Shown here: positions 35,450-36,251 of the stretch, piece by piece
How positions within the stretch are numbered: the stretch's first letter is position 1
Layout: the number at the start of each line of letters is the position of its first letter
Origin: an uncultured Candidatus Saccharibacteria bacterium
GTDB taxonomy: Bacteria > Patescibacteriota > Saccharimonadia > Saccharimonadales > SLHW01
DNA length: 36,251 nt
Assembly (NCBI GenBank): GCA_964527485.1
Contig: CAZGPJ010000001.1
Coordinates: forward strand, 1-36,251
Direction: 5' to 3'
Program-made: the position numbers and the translations under genes
The notes under the pieces: generated by a model
The model's input: the letters and a program-made list of their open reading frames with translations, nothing else
Database searches by the model: none
Told to the model about the DNA's origin: nothing

Positions 35450-35607
35450 AGAATCAGCGAATAGTAACCGATATCTCTTCGTTTGAAAAGTTACTCAGCT
35501 TGTGTCTCGATGCCTGCGTAAGCAGTCGTTGCGCTTCGCCCCTTGGAGTAACCAGGTATATTCACCGTATAAAAAAGCAGATAAGTGTCTGTAGATTGGC
35601 TCAAATT

Positions 35608-36251
35608 GTGAAAAAACATGCAGGATCAGTTGAGATCATCAGCTCTTCGAAAACCTACCTAAGCTCAATGAGTGAGCCGTCACGCGAGGCAATTGCGCGT
35701 ATATTGCGACAGCGATACGAAAAAGTGAGCATATCATTGATAGATACACTGCCAGATCTCGAAAGACTAGTCGCGAGAGATCCGGACCTGGTTTTTCTGG
35801 GCCTGAAGTACATCCCGTTTATTTCAGATACAGATTCAAGCAATACAGATAAGATTTGGGTGAGCCAGTATCTGACAGACCATGCGCTTGCCCATACCGG
35901 TTCGTCACACCGGGCGCATCAGCTCGACGTCGATAAAGCATTGGCCAAAACCAAATTAAAACGTGCTGGCTTGGCCACAGCTGACTTTGTGCGGGTAGCG
36001 ACCAGCCAAGAGATTACGGAACGAGACATACAGCTTAGTTATCCCTTGTTCGTAAAACCGACCGACCGCGGCGGAGGATTGGGTATTGACGAAAACTCAG
36101 TCGTTAGTTCTTTTACTGAATTACGTCAAAAAGTCAGCTCCATTCACCATGACCACGGTTCCGACGTCTTAATTGAGCGGTATTTACCTGGTCGAGAGTT
36201 CAGCGTTGCCATCTTACGTAATGTGCAGGCTCGGTCATACCAAGTTGTCCC
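35608..36251 (+). CDS. ATP-grasp ligase of the D-Ala-D-Ala ligase family, 3'-truncated by the window edge. It is not in the ORF track.
   Basis: My own translation of frame 1 gives ...YPLFVKPTDRGGGLGIDENSVV...VLIERYLPGREFSVAIL... The frame is open from 35452 to the window end. The start is uncertain: GTG 35608 (MKKHAGSVEII...) is preferred, and ATG 35668 is the alternative. Confidence 0.7.
   Translation, partial: MKKHAGSVEIISSSKTYLSSMSEPSREAIARILRQRYEKVSISLIDTLPDLERLVARDPDLVFLGLKYIPFISDTDSSNTDKIWVSQYLTDHALAHTGSSHRAHQLDVDKALAKTKLKRAGLATADFVRVATSQEITERDIQLSYPLFVKPTDRGGGLGIDENSVVSSFTELRQKVSSIHHDHGSDVLIERYLPGREFSVAILRNVQARSYQVV

Overview
This window is mostly core, housekeeping genome from a small-genome bacterium. 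It holds the 3' end of tuf, then an almost uninterrupted S10-spc-alpha ribosomal-protein superoperon (rpsJ to rplQ, plus rplM-rpsI) on the + strand (1-16.3 kb). Next come a promoter/terminator-bounded leader, a 94-aa ORF, trpS, an RluD-like pseudouridine synthase, holB and a TPR protein. A tRNA-Thr/Tyr/Thr cluster and rpmG follow. From 21 kb onward the content is accessory: a minus-strand alpha-glucan operon with overlapping stop/start codons (GT-B synthase, GH57, GH15), an EamA transporter, an RND permease with no partner genes, a glsB/HD-hydrolase/rarA operon, several hypothetical proteins, a WhiB-like regulator, and the 5' part of a Ddl-family ATP-grasp ligase. rpmD (L30) is absent between rpsE and rplO, and adk and map are absent between secY and infA. 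TGA is a normal stop codon. This gene content fits a Candidate Phyla Radiation / Patescibacteria genome, possibly Saccharibacteria-like, but that is inference and needs a database search. I found no CRISPR array, transposase, integrase or recognisable defence system. The most interesting signals are: a WhiB-family gene in a non-actinobacterial-looking backbone; a possible leader-peptide attenuator or sRNA upstream of trpS; several -10 boxes placed 6-10 nt from ATG codons that lack a Shine-Dalgarno (leaderless mRNAs); a 13-bp-arm hairpin present at two distant loci; and Cys-less forms of L36, L33 and S14. I do not see a clearly novel multi-gene system. The hypothetical genes at 32.4-35.2 kb are the least explained part.
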